Position numbers and translations under genes: made by a program. DNA of 64,000 nucleotides from Pseudogymnoascus verrucosus (lineage: Eukaryota), in the NCBI GenBank assembly GCA_001662655.1, contig KV460210.1; one strand, 5' to 3'. Positions 25,904 to 36,963 of the stretch are shown one piece after another (positions within the stretch are counted from its first letter, which is position 1; every line of letters begins with the position of its first letter). The notes beneath the pieces were generated by a model. It had not been told where the DNA came from, ran no database searches, and saw only the letters and a list, made by a program, of their open reading frames with translations.

Positions 25904-27412
25904 TTATGTCTTAGGACTAATAAAGGACATATCTTCGATCTCTCCAAATGGCCACTTAACAATATGATGCCAGCGCCTATCAAGACAAGACATTACTGCA
26001 AAGAGCAGTCTCTTAGCTCTCCCTTCAAAGTACCAGTGAGAGTCTAATCGTTGCAACAGAATGCAATAGTGCGCCACTAGAATAAGCGCACCAGGATGCC
26101 GTTGGCTGAGCAAGTTCAAGTATGCTTCAGATATGCGCATAGGCCATATACGTAGGGCATCCCAGGCAGTAAAGCTAACACTCGAGTCCTGTGTGCACGA
26201 GAACGCCACGCCAAGTTCAGTGGCAGCATCCCGATATATTTCACAGACATCTTCTGACCAAGAATCCTCAAAGCCCTGTAAGGGTATAGCTGATAAAAGC
26301 GAATCCATGAGGGGCTCCTGTTCGGCCTCTGAGAAAGTGATAGGAATCTCCCATACTGAGACAAGAGACCCGACCGGGCCCGACTCAACCTGATCCCATA
26401 CATCGCAGAGCATAGAGCAGCCATTTCGGATAAAATAAAGCCAACTTGGTAACACTTCCAAGGTGTTGGATTCAACGAGAAAGAGTTGCTCGTCTTCCCT
26501 TTCTGCTGCGAACGAGTATATCACAAGGAGGTGGGAAAATGCAAAAACCGCATCGCAATTATCCTTATTTGGATTTTCAATCGCAGATCGGAAGAGGGGC
26601 ATTGCTCGGTCTTGGTGTACTCTTCCTCTGATCATAAGCTCCCTCCCTTGGCTAGGATCGAGATAAGCAAGATGCAACGCGGCGCAGGCCAAAATTCCGT
26701 GAAATAAAAATGGAAATTGGCTAGCAATATGCGGCACTGTAACTTGCCACACGGTTTTCGTTCTGGCATCGGTAGCTAGACTTAATGATGTGGACGTAAT
26801 ATAGTGATGTAGAAGGGTGGAATCACTCTCATCGAGCTGGCTTTGCAGAAGTAGCCTACTGATCGACGGGGGATCAGTGTCATCGACTTCACCTCCGTTC
26901 CAATTTAACTTCTCAGTATATCTGTCGCAGGTATTTATGGGGATGTTACTCCGCGTAGAGTCAGTAGCGGGGTACCCATGGGAATTCGTAAAGTATCGCA
27001 GAAGATTGCCTCTAAAGAAAGTCTGCAGAGCGACTGGATGCCAGTCAAAATCGATCTGGCCGGAGCGGCCGTGGACAGAAAGCCAGTGGCCCTTCATGCG
27101 CTTCGCAGACACACAGAGATGCATACATCCTTCGTGCATGCATTGCAGCCCATCATGCACAGGAAGGAGCGGCACAGGGGATTCGGTATTGCGGATTTCC
27201 CTTACTTTATCTGGTAAGTTGAGGTCGAGTTTTGAGATATACTGCATGAATGGGCGGCGATGGTCACGACGGAATTTATGCAGTTCTTTTAGGTGGCGTT
27301 CAATAGCATTTGGCTGGATCGCATAGCGGCAAGTCGCACAGATCACCACCTTGTAGGCAGGCAGGTACTGCAGTAGTTCGGCGGTGTTGGTAGCGGGACT
27401 GAGTACGGCCAT
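25904..27412 (-). CDS. DUF3505/OrsD-type zinc-binding domain fused to a Upc2-like fungal TF C-terminal domain; intronless
   Basis: N-term VVICATCRYAI...HLKELH and LQCMHEGC...HWLSVH...LQTFF; C-term LLHHYITST, FPFLFHGILACAALHLA, LILVAHYCILL..LDSHWY. Confidence 0.8.
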   Translation of the reverse strand: MAVLSPATNTAELLQYLPAYKVVICATCRYAIQPNAIERHLKELHKFRRDHRRPFMQYISKLDLNLPDKVREIRNTESPVPLLPVHDGLQCMHEGCMHLCVSAKRMKGHWLSVHGRSGQIDFDWHPVALQTFFRGNLLRYFTNSHGYPATDSTRSNIPINTCDRYTEKLNWNGGEVDDTDPPSISRLLLQSQLDESDSTLLHHYITSTSLSLATDARTKTVWQVTVPHIASQFPFLFHGILACAALHLAYLDPSQGRELMIRGRVHQDRAMPLFRSAIENPNKDNCDAVFAFSHLLVIYSFAAEREDEQLFLVESNTLEVLPSWLYFIRNGCSMLCDVWDQVESGPVGSLVSVWEIPITFSEAEQEPLMDSLLSAIPLQGFEDSWSEDVCEIYRDAATELGVAFSCTQDSSVSFTAWDALRIWPMRISEAYLNLLSQRHPGALILVAHYCILLQRLDSHWYFEGRAKRLLFAVMSCLDRRWHHIVKWPFGEIEDMSFISPKT

Positions 27413-27841
27413 TTAAAGCGATCCCAATAGGAAGCGTGTCGATGGTCAATCTGAACACAAGGTGCCGGACAGTTTGTGTGGCGTGCTTTATGTGTGGTGT
27501 GTAGGACGGAGCACTCATCCCAACACAGCAACGGATTGATTACACACCAGCAATCGCGTCACCCGAAAATATCCAGGACCGTGCCTCGACCACCAATCGT
27601 GGGGCAACAATAAGGTAAGTAAAGCGTTTTAATTATTGTAGTTTCATGTGTTTTATAATATATGAGATAATTTCTAATAGATTTAACAAAGCTAAGAAAT
27701 ACTAATAGCCATTATTAGGAGAATGGAATCTGTTGTAGTTCTAAGAATGCAGAGTATTGTAGCAAGATATTGATTCTGATACGCGACGGGATAATTTATA
27801 TAAATTAAAATCTATTATTACACGCAAATACTCATAAATAA

Positions 27842-28804
27842 TCAGTTCATGAGCTCAAACTCTCTTCGGTCACCCTCGCTAGTTGCAGTAGCCTTAATTG
27901 TCCACTCCCATAGGTCTTCTTGCTTACTCTCATCATAGCTATCCTTGCTCGACTTGATAATCTCCTTTCCCTCAAAATAGACACCACTCTTGCCCTCAAC
28001 GTCGGCACCAACTGCAAGGCGTGTCAAGTTTGCACCAGACTCTTGCGGGGTGTGGATATTCGGACTGATGATAAAGCGCAGAAGTGGAAGAATGCGAGGC
28101 AGCAATCGAAACCATAGAAACTTCTCCAGGGAATTACCATCTCGAGCAAGACCTGTGCCAGGCATAAGACCTGGATCGAATGCAACAACAGTCAAGTTTC
28201 TTTTCGGCATAGCTGAAAGCCGTCGGTGAAGAGCGTATGTCCACATGACGTTGGCTAGCTTGCTGCTTGCGTAGCGTTGACGGCCAGCGCTTTTGGCAGA
28301 GTCTGGTGTCGGATGGGCTAACTGTTCGGCAGTGACATATTCAGCATCTGGAAGGCCAGTCTTCTGAGCCGGGTCGTGGGTGCCACTTGAAGTGATTGCG
28401 ATGCGGGCTTTGTCGGCGAGGTGGGGAAAGAGCAGATGAAATAAGAGCGCATGGCCAACGTGGTTGATTGCAAACGTTGACTCTATTCCATCGCCCGACA
28501 TTTGAACTTCGCCCGGGAACTGTAGCCCGGCATTGAGAACAAGGGCAATGATGGTAGGGAATTGCTTGGCTTTCCAAGATTCAGCGAAAGCCCGAACATT
28601 TGCGAGGCTAGAAAGGTCTATTGGGAGAAATATGACGTTCTTCTGGTGGGTAGTTTCGTTTATCGATGCCGCAGCGGAGTCGGGGTCAGAACGTGAACAA
28701 ATCACGACGAGGTACTCGGGGTGTTGTTGAGCTATACCGAGGGCACATTGGAAGCCCAAATTGGCAGTTCCGCCAGTGATGAGAGCCGTATGGGTGAAGG
28801 ACAT
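27842..28804 (-). CDS. Short-chain dehydrogenase/reductase (WWOX/retinol-dehydrogenase-like)
   Basis: ITGGTANLG Rossmann motif, LNAG, INHVGH, SSGTHDP, YASSK catalytic motif, DPGLMPGTGL. Confidence 0.9.
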   Translation of the reverse strand: MSFTHTALITGGTANLGFQCALGIAQQHPEYLVVICSRSDPDSAAASINETTHQKNVIFLPIDLSSLANVRAFAESWKAKQFPTIIALVLNAGLQFPGEVQMSGDGIESTFAINHVGHALLFHLLFPHLADKARIAITSSGTHDPAQKTGLPDAEYVTAEQLAHPTPDSAKSAGRQRYASSKLANVMWTYALHRRLSAMPKRNLTVVAFDPGLMPGTGLARDGNSLEKFLWFRLLPRILPLLRFIISPNIHTPQESGANLTRLAVGADVEGKSGVYFEGKEIIKSSKDSYDESKQEDLWEWTIKATATSEGDRREFELMN

Positions 28805-29621
28805 GATGGTTAACGAGGGACTATGAGTAGAATCCAAAGCAGCGCGAACCTACTCGAGTCTCCGGGAGGTAGGGCACCCCTTATATAAATTTACGTTCAG
28901 AAACAACAGAGGTGCACTCGAGTTGTGAGCCAATAGTTTTAGGAATGGGAAGTCATCATGATCAGTCACATAACTAGGCAAGCATGTTGACGCGTCATTT
29001 GAGTAGGCACAATCCATATTAATCGTCTAGTAGAGGTCGAGTTGAACGGCGCCATTGACCATTGTTGATATTCCGTGGGAACGGCACCGTCGATTTCTTG
29101 TGCTACTTGCGCTTGCAACCGACGGTGCCGTTCTGCGCTAGGACAAGAATGGATGTCGCACCCCCCCACCAAGATATATTTCCCGCGACATAGCGGACCT
29201 CCCTGGATATATACGGACTGGACAAATACACGAGGGACTCCCCTTAGCTTAATCTTACTCCTTTGTCTAGCTGGGATGCTTCAAGACGGGGTAATGAGAG
29301 AGATAGCGAGATTCGCAATTCGTAATGGTGTCGGTTGGTCGTAATTTGAAGTCGTGGGCACTTATAATGCCCCACTTCTCATTCTCGCTTTCATTCTGAC
29401 AACTAACCTGGGCTGGTAGAGTCTTCGGAAGGATGGACTTAGTACAGTACTATACTAACTTATTGAAAAGTACAGATGTAACTTCTCTTTTCACAATATT
29501 TGGCTGCAAGTATCACTTCAAAGCGGCTCGTAAAATCGTTTATCCGCAGCCGAATAGCTTCAAAGTCAACCTCTCCATGCTCAATTCAAATACATGCCCC
29601 TCCATATAGCGCATCTTGGAT

Positions 29622-32254
29622 ATGCGTCGTGCAGCTAGACCTCCTACCCGCGTCAGCAAGGCCTGCGATAGGTGTAGGAACCAGAAAAAACGCGTGAGTA
29701 CAGTAATAACGTCGTAAAAAGTTCATGACGATTGATTGTAGCCACACAGTGCGACTTCGAACGCCCCTGCCAACATTGTATACATGCGCGGACGGAATGT
29801 GTCACGAATACGGCACCAGTCACAAAGTATAAAACCCCTTTTCAAGGTAACCCAAGCTCCAAGCTGAACTCGCACTAGAAAGCCGCGACTATGTAGACAT
29901 ATCGACGCAGAGGTGCCCAGCCAGACCGTGGGCGGCCGGAAGACCTCGTCTCACCCCCACGTATCTGAACAGCAAAGTGCATCAAGCTATCGTAGCAGCG
30001 TCTCAACTCACGACGAGCCCGAGGAGATGGGCCAAGCTGAACTGACCTGGGATACGCCGAACGCCTTGGATGCGGGCGACAACTACGCGCCTCCGAACCA
30101 AAATCCACGGAAACGAGGGAATTCCCATTTGTCCGACTTCGATGCTGATTCCGCGTTGGCAATAACTCGAAAGGTACAGTTTTCTCCCGGAGTGGTAAAG
30201 GCTAGTTGCAATTGCTGACGGTGAACAGATCTTTGGGTCTCAGAAATCGCGGGCTTTCATTCACAGAGCTACCTCTGCGATTCCTGGAGGGGGATGTCGG
30301 GATACCAGCGGCACAAGGACCTTAAACAATGTGTTGTCTCCGCTGGTCCCCGTTTTCGAGATAATTGGAATTGAGCTACCAACATACGAAGTTTGCAACA
30401 AGCTCTTGGAAACGTACTTCTCCGCTGTTCACTGGTTCTCTCTGGTGGTCTATGAGCCGAAGTTTAGAGGTCGATATAATGCAATTGTGCAGACAGGATT
30501 GGCCAGCCGCAGCGACCATGGGTTTTTGTTACTACTGCTCATGGTTCTAACCATGGGTTGTTGGTATACCCCCAAGAACAAGTCCAGTGACCTTGGTCTC
30601 TCTGTAAATGACATGGAGGGTATGCGAAGCCAGTTTTTAAAAGTTGTACAACGGGATTTCATGGAACTTATGGACGAGGATTGCCTAGAGTTTGTGCAGC
30701 TCTGCGCACTCCTCGGGTCATTCTACCTCTACCATGGCCGGCCACGATCGTCTTTCTCCATATTGGGCGCTGCAACAAAAACTGCACAGGCGATGGACTT
30801 GCATCGCGATTCTGAAATAAGATGGAACTTCGAGGACAGAGAAGAGCGAAAACGAGTCTGGTGGACAGTGTATACGTGGGATAGGTATATCTGCATTGTC
30901 CTTGAGTCTAGCACGGATCTAACCTTCATATAGATTTGCTACTATAACTTACGGAAGACCTCTCGGCATCAATGATAGAGATTGCAACGTTCAAACACCA
31001 TCTGAAATTTTAGAGAATGTCCATTTTTACCCACCCTTACAAGCAACACAGATATGTCTATCAACGTATCAATGCCAGCTCAATTTAGTATACAAGATTG
31101 CATCTCCGCTTCTAGAAGACATATATGGGATGCGCACTTCGCACAATATGGATCGCTGTTCCCAGCAGAAAATGGTGGCAGAAGCGAACCAAGCCTTGTT
31201 GAAGTGGCAGCAAGATTTGCCACCTCATCTCTCATTTGACAGACTTAGCGATCTGACGACTTATTCTTCGACGGAAGAAAAGATGCACAGCCTACAGGCT
31301 TTATCATTACAGTTGACATATGACAATATCATGGTAGTATTACATCGCCCACTGCTGGCTGGCCGTGGATCCCTCGAACGATCGGTAGCACCGGAGACGA
31401 TGTCTCCAATCTCTCCATTTTCAGATGATATGCGGGATATCAGCTTCAAACGATGCTTGAGATCCGCCCTTCGAATCTCAAACCTTCAACAAAAGCCGAA
31501 CCTGCTCTCGCTCGCCCGTACGACGCACCTAGTGTCGTTTTTGGGCATGAATTTGTTCACTGCCTCCGTCGTCTTATTTATATGCGCCCTGTCGGACACC
31601 CTTTCTGATACAGCGCAGGAGGCGAAACGTGGCTTAAAAAGGACATTGCAGATGCAGAAGTCTCTCTCGAACCATGCATCTTTATCCATGCAGTGCACCA
31701 CGATCTTGGAGGACTTGGTGCAACTCATCTTGAGAAAGGAGATGGAGGAAATGCTGCTCGACAATTCCACGAGCGACGACAATGCCCCCACTGGCTCCGC
31801 GACCCGGAATGAGGAGCTTCATAATGCGGGGATGAATGATAGAATGAATGAGGAGATGGCGCCGAACAGATCGGAATCTCACACTGCAATACACTCAACC
31901 GAGTTCGACATTACTAGCCAAGAGGCGGCACCTGCTGAAGGCTCTAATTTTAACCAGAGCTTGAGAACTCTACAGAAAGGTATGCATTTGTACCAGACTG
32001 CGAAGCTCATGCTACTCATGGGATACTGACTATTTTAAGTTTTCTACGATAGCAGTCTCCTACGACACCAGGGTGATGCGGATGTTGATCTAGGTGCCCG
32101 CAAGGACTACGAGAATTACGTGGCAACTGAACATAGTTCCAATCCGGAAGGGATGATCGGCTCACAGGACATTGGATTCAATGACGGCGGCTTCACTGGC
32201 GTTGAGGACCTTGGCCAATTCTGGTTGTGGAATCTTGAAGACTTTAATTATTGA
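29622..32254 (+). CDS. Zn(II)2Cys6 transcription factor with fungal-specific TF domain
   Basis: RVSKACDRCRNQKKR|CDFERPCQHCIHARTEC; AQAMDLHRD...EERKRVWWTVYTWDR; ends FWLWNLEDFNY*. Confidence 0.88.
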
Positions 32255-32308
32255 GATTAATCACATCTCCAGCTTCTACAGCGCATGCGTCCACCCCAGC
32301 CTGCGGAT

Positions 32309-33549
32309 TCATTTACGAGGACCATATATAATGCTCTTTATTCCTTCCTGCCTCCCTGCTCCTACAAACGCTTGCTCAGCACAGTCGAACTCGAACGAGT
32401 GAGTTATCAGCTCCTTCAGACTGATTTTCCTAGACTTGAGAAGCTCGATTGCAAGCTCGTAGTCTCCTGGACCATATCGGAAACTTGTCTTGTATACTCC
32501 TTCCTTGGCACATAATTCACCCACTGGAAAGATAATGTTCGAATTTCCAAGCCCGGCTTGAATGAATGTACCGCCTTTCTTCATCGCAAATATTCCACTA
32601 CTAATGCAACTCTCTACCCCCGTGGCGTCGATGATGACGTCTGCACCAGCTGGGATGTCGCATCTTGACATGATGGTCTTTGCGTTCTGTTCCGGTGCTA
32701 GTTGTTGCATCTTGTAGGTATGAGTTGCCGCGTATGTTTGAGCAAATTCTAGTCGAGAATCTACGATGTCTGTTGCGACGACGGTGGATGCGCCGAACGC
32801 TTTAGCCACAGCACAACATAAGAGACCGATCGGGCCTGCTCCCATCACCACCACCGTCTGCCCGATGGTGATGGATGCGAGTTTCGTGCAGTGCACAGCA
32901 ATGCTTAGCGGCTCAACTAGCGCTCCCTCCTCTATCGAGATATGTGGTGGAAGGATGAAGCAGAAATCTTCAGGCACGGTGTAGTACGTCGCCAAGGTCC
33001 CGTCGATTGGGGGGGTTGCTGCGAATCGCATCTCGTCGCAGAGATTGTACTTTCCAACGCGACAGAATCCGCAGGTCCGGCATGGGACGCCTGGTTCCAA
33101 GGCTACGCGATCGCCTACTTGGACAGTCTTGACGTCTGTCCCGCATCTGATGATAATACCGGCGGATTCGTGGCCGAGCACAAGTGGTTCGCGCACCACA
33201 AATGGGCCAACCTCGCCATGCTTCCAGTAATGGATCTATGAGAACGTTTAGCATCAGCTAGAGCCCCGTCTGTCTTAATTGTATGTTACGTACATCGCTT
33301 CCACATATTCCAGTTGCCATTATCCTCACGAGTACATGTCGGCTTGTAGGTAATTCTGGTGTAGGTCGTGTCTCATAGTGGAACTCGCCTTTACGTCGCA
33401 GAACGAAGACTCGATTTTCCTGCAAAGTAAATTGTCAGCTGTGGTGAGCCTTAAAAAATGTGAACTCGTGGATGCACCTCAGAAACATGTAGAGTACTGC
33501 CGTCCGTGCTAGAGGTCATTATGGACGGAGATGGTAGTGAGACAGGCAT
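32309..33549 (-). CDS. Zn-dependent polyol dehydrogenase (xylitol/sorbitol dehydrogenase family); 3 exons
   Basis: TGICGSD|IHYWKHG, LGHESAG, structural Zn CRTCGFCRVGKYNLC, FAATPP, GAGPIG, SFRYGPGDY. Confidence 0.92.
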
Positions 33550-33748
33550 GGTTGCTTTGTGCATGTATCTGTACGAACGACAGAAATACAGACGGAAAAA
33601 TAGGCCATGAGGATTATGTTCTCTTGCTACAATAATCACAGCTATATCTGAATTTATCAACCCCCATGCCTGGCTAAGGGCCGGATAAGAGATTCCAACA
33701 ATGATCGGAGCCAGATTCTTGTTGCGGATGCAGATCGGATCTCAGTTG

Positions 33749-33870
33749 TCGGAACCGACATCGTCGGAACCGATCCTCAAGGCACATTTTTTTCCCGAAA
33801 GACGTTCATTTATTGGCCCACAAATATGGGTCTAGTTTTCGCGGGAGGTGTAAGGAGTTATCGGAACCGA
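33749..33870. promoter_or_regulatory. Three copies of the palindrome TCGGAACCGA (CGG-N2-CCG) in the dehydrogenase/sugar-porter divergent promoter
   Basis: Exact copies at 33749-33758, 33764-33773 and 33861-33870. Confidence 0.7.
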
Positions 33871-34308
33871 CAATTTCACCCATCTCAATTTTGATGCTCT
33901 ACAGCGATGAGTGAATTTCACCCATCGGGATTCACTCATCATACTTCATTGGGTACCGTACGGCGAAAATCGTATTATACGGGCCTATGCACCAGCTACA
34001 GCAAAATTAAGCAAGTTTTACGACTGTTTGTACCCAGCCCGTATGGATACTTTCGTGTCGTACTTCTCACCCCATGGGGCGGAGATACTCTCCATACTTT
34101 TCCCCGCAGCGGCAGGGTGAAAACGTAGTTCGTCCTATACTGTGATGTGGGGTAGCGTGAATAGGAAGATCTCATAACTTATAAGTATTTCTATGCCCCT
34201 CTTGCAAAAATCTCCTTGCCTTCCCTACTCAAGCTTCTACCCTAAATGTAGTCAAGCACTGCTCTCGACTTCTCCATTTACTATATTATCTCCACCATCC
34301 CTCTCAAC

Positions 34309-36305
34309 ATGGAAAAGGAGGATATCCCCAAAAGCAGCGAGCATGAAACCATGGCGTCTTTGAGCGACAACCAGCGGCCCATTGAATTCCCTTCACCAAC
34401 CAAACTCACTTTCTTAGAGCGAGCTCTTAAACCAACCGTCTACATCCCCCGTTATCCCAAATGGATGATTGGCAAACGTCTTCTATGGGCAACGTGCTTA
34501 TTTGGATCATTGGGAGATGCCCTCTTTGGTTATGACCAGGGTGAGATCTATAGTATCTAGACGGGCTGATTGCCTAAGCTAATACGCAATTTCTTAATAG
34601 GTATAATGTCAGGGCTTCTCGTGAATGAAGTCTTCGTGAAACGGTTCTTTGGTGCTTACGGAGGGCTCCATGGAAATGCAGGCACGGTCAATCCATCTCT
34701 CATTGGTACGTTATAATTATTGCTACTACTGCGGCTTTCACTGATATCACATTAGGAATTACGGTATCCTGCCTTCAACTCGCTGCCGCCATAGGATCAC
34801 TTCTCGCTGGTGTTCTCGGCGACATTATGGGGAGGAAACGATGTGTTAGAGTCGGTGGTTTTATCTACCTCAGCATGGCTTTTGTTCAAGCATTTGCCCC
34901 AAATCTTGCCTGCTTTATTGCAGGACGAACGATTCAAGGCCTTGGTGTTGGGTTTCTTTCCATGACCGTGCCGGTCATCCAGACCGAGATAGCTGCTCCT
35001 CATAGGGTATGTCCGTTCACTGAACTGATGCATCTTTATAATACTAATCGTCTGCACAGCGTGGCTTGATGGTGGGCGTAGAGTACACGTTTTTGATTGG
35101 TGGCTATATGCTCTCCTGCTGGGTGGATTACGGCTTCAACTTTCTGCTTCCAGACAACGTTTCATGGCAAGGCCCCTATTTCGTCCAGATGGGCTTGTCT
35201 TTCATCTTATTCGCGATGTCATTTTTCCTTCCAGAGACGCCTCGGTGGTTAGCACGGAATGGATTTACACAAGAAGCCTTAAGAACCGTTGCGGATCTCC
35301 ATTCAGGGGGTGACACCAGTGATAAAGACGTCCAGCATGTCTTTTTGGAGATACAGGAAGCCGTACGCTATGAAGCGACGCTAGGCAAAGTTACATTCCG
35401 GGTAAGCTGACTTTACCCCCCTTCCCTTATGTATCCTGTATTAACCCTTGGTGGTAGGAAATGTTCACCACATATCGGAAGCGGACAATTGTCGGTATTA
35501 CTGCTCAGATGTTTGCACAGTTAAATGGAATTAACGTCATCTCATTCTATCTGCCAAGCTCTCTTGCTGCAGCCGGGTTTGATAACCGGCGGTCACTGCT
35601 TTTCACGGCTGCGAATGCCGTCATCTATACTTCTGCTACAGTTCCAGTCTGGTGGCTTGCAGATAGATGGGGGAGACGCCCACTTTTGATATTTGGAGGT
35701 AAGTGCCGCTCGCTATCTCCACGAGGGAGAGAGAACATTAGATACTGACAGGTGTCGCTTCCAGGAATTGCCATGGCGGTGGCTCTCAGCATCGTTTGCG
35801 TTTTCAATCAAGTGCCGGGACTCGACGTGCATGTTCGAGCCAACGGTATCTACAGTTTTGTTGTCATATATAATTCCCTGTACGGTGCTACCTGGGGTCC
35901 TATGCCTTGGCTGCTGCCAGCTGAGATTTTCCCCCTTCGAGCAAGAAGCAAGGGCATGGCTCTTTCGACATGTTCCAACTGGTACGGAATAACATGGCAC
36001 CCACGGTTGTCTTCCTCCTAATGACGTATGCTAACTGAAAGTTCAGGATATTCAACTTCATCATCGGCATGTCGTCCCCAGATGCATTTGCGGGCATTCA
36101 TGGTTACTACTACGTTGTCATTGCGGGATTCTGCCTATGCTCTGTTGCCCTGGTAAAATTCTACTACGTGGAGACCGCCAACCATACCTTGGAGGAAGTG
36201 GCTGTGGCATTTGGGGACAAGGCTTTCTTACGCCAAGACGACCACGTTATGGCCTCTGCTCAATTATCCCGGCGCGTTTCTGTAAAAGACGGCGTTGACG
36301 TATAG
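34309..36305 (+). CDS. MFS sugar porter (polyol/monosaccharide:H+ symporter-like); multi-exon
   Basis: LFGYDQG, DIMGRK, GRTIQGLGVG, PETPRWL, AQLNGINVISFY, DRWGRR, WGPMPWLLPAEIFP, VETANHTLEE. Confidence 0.92.
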
Positions 36306-36963
36306 ATAGGATTAGAGTAGCCGTTATGGAAACTAGGATTTCGTAACAAGTAGGATCAGAATGCTAATTATGGCTATTTTAAAACGAACAAGTTGGTTGG
36401 AGATGTGGAGTTATGTAGGTGCGGGAAGATCAACGGGGTTAATTTTCCCACTGTCGCACATAGGGGATGTTGGATTGGCTAGATAGAGGCACAGACCGAC
36501 GACCCGGACCAATGATACGCATCATTCACCTCTGTCAAAGCTGCGACATGCTGCGGCCCGTTCCCATACCTTTGATTCTTTTTCCGTCGAAGTTTCAAAA
36601 CTACTACGGGAGGTGCCTAATTACCGTACACGGTATGATTTGGGATTCAAAGTGAGGTGGTCAGCGGTTATCGAGTGGTTGGTTGAGTATGCACACAGTC
36701 CTGACGTTTCATCTCAATTGGGACATAGTTGCAAGGGTACGATGTTGGATTCATATGATTTTGGCTCAACCAACAATCACGGAGCCTTTCCATGGAGTGC
36801 ACAGCCACCTCTAGTTTCATTGACAACAACGCTCTTATACCATTATAAGGCCATCATAATGCGTCCTTACACATAGTTCTTGACGTGCACATTAACCTTT
36901 GTCTACTATTGAATTATTTTCGACTTCTACAGCACTACATCGACATACTATAGTGTAATAACC

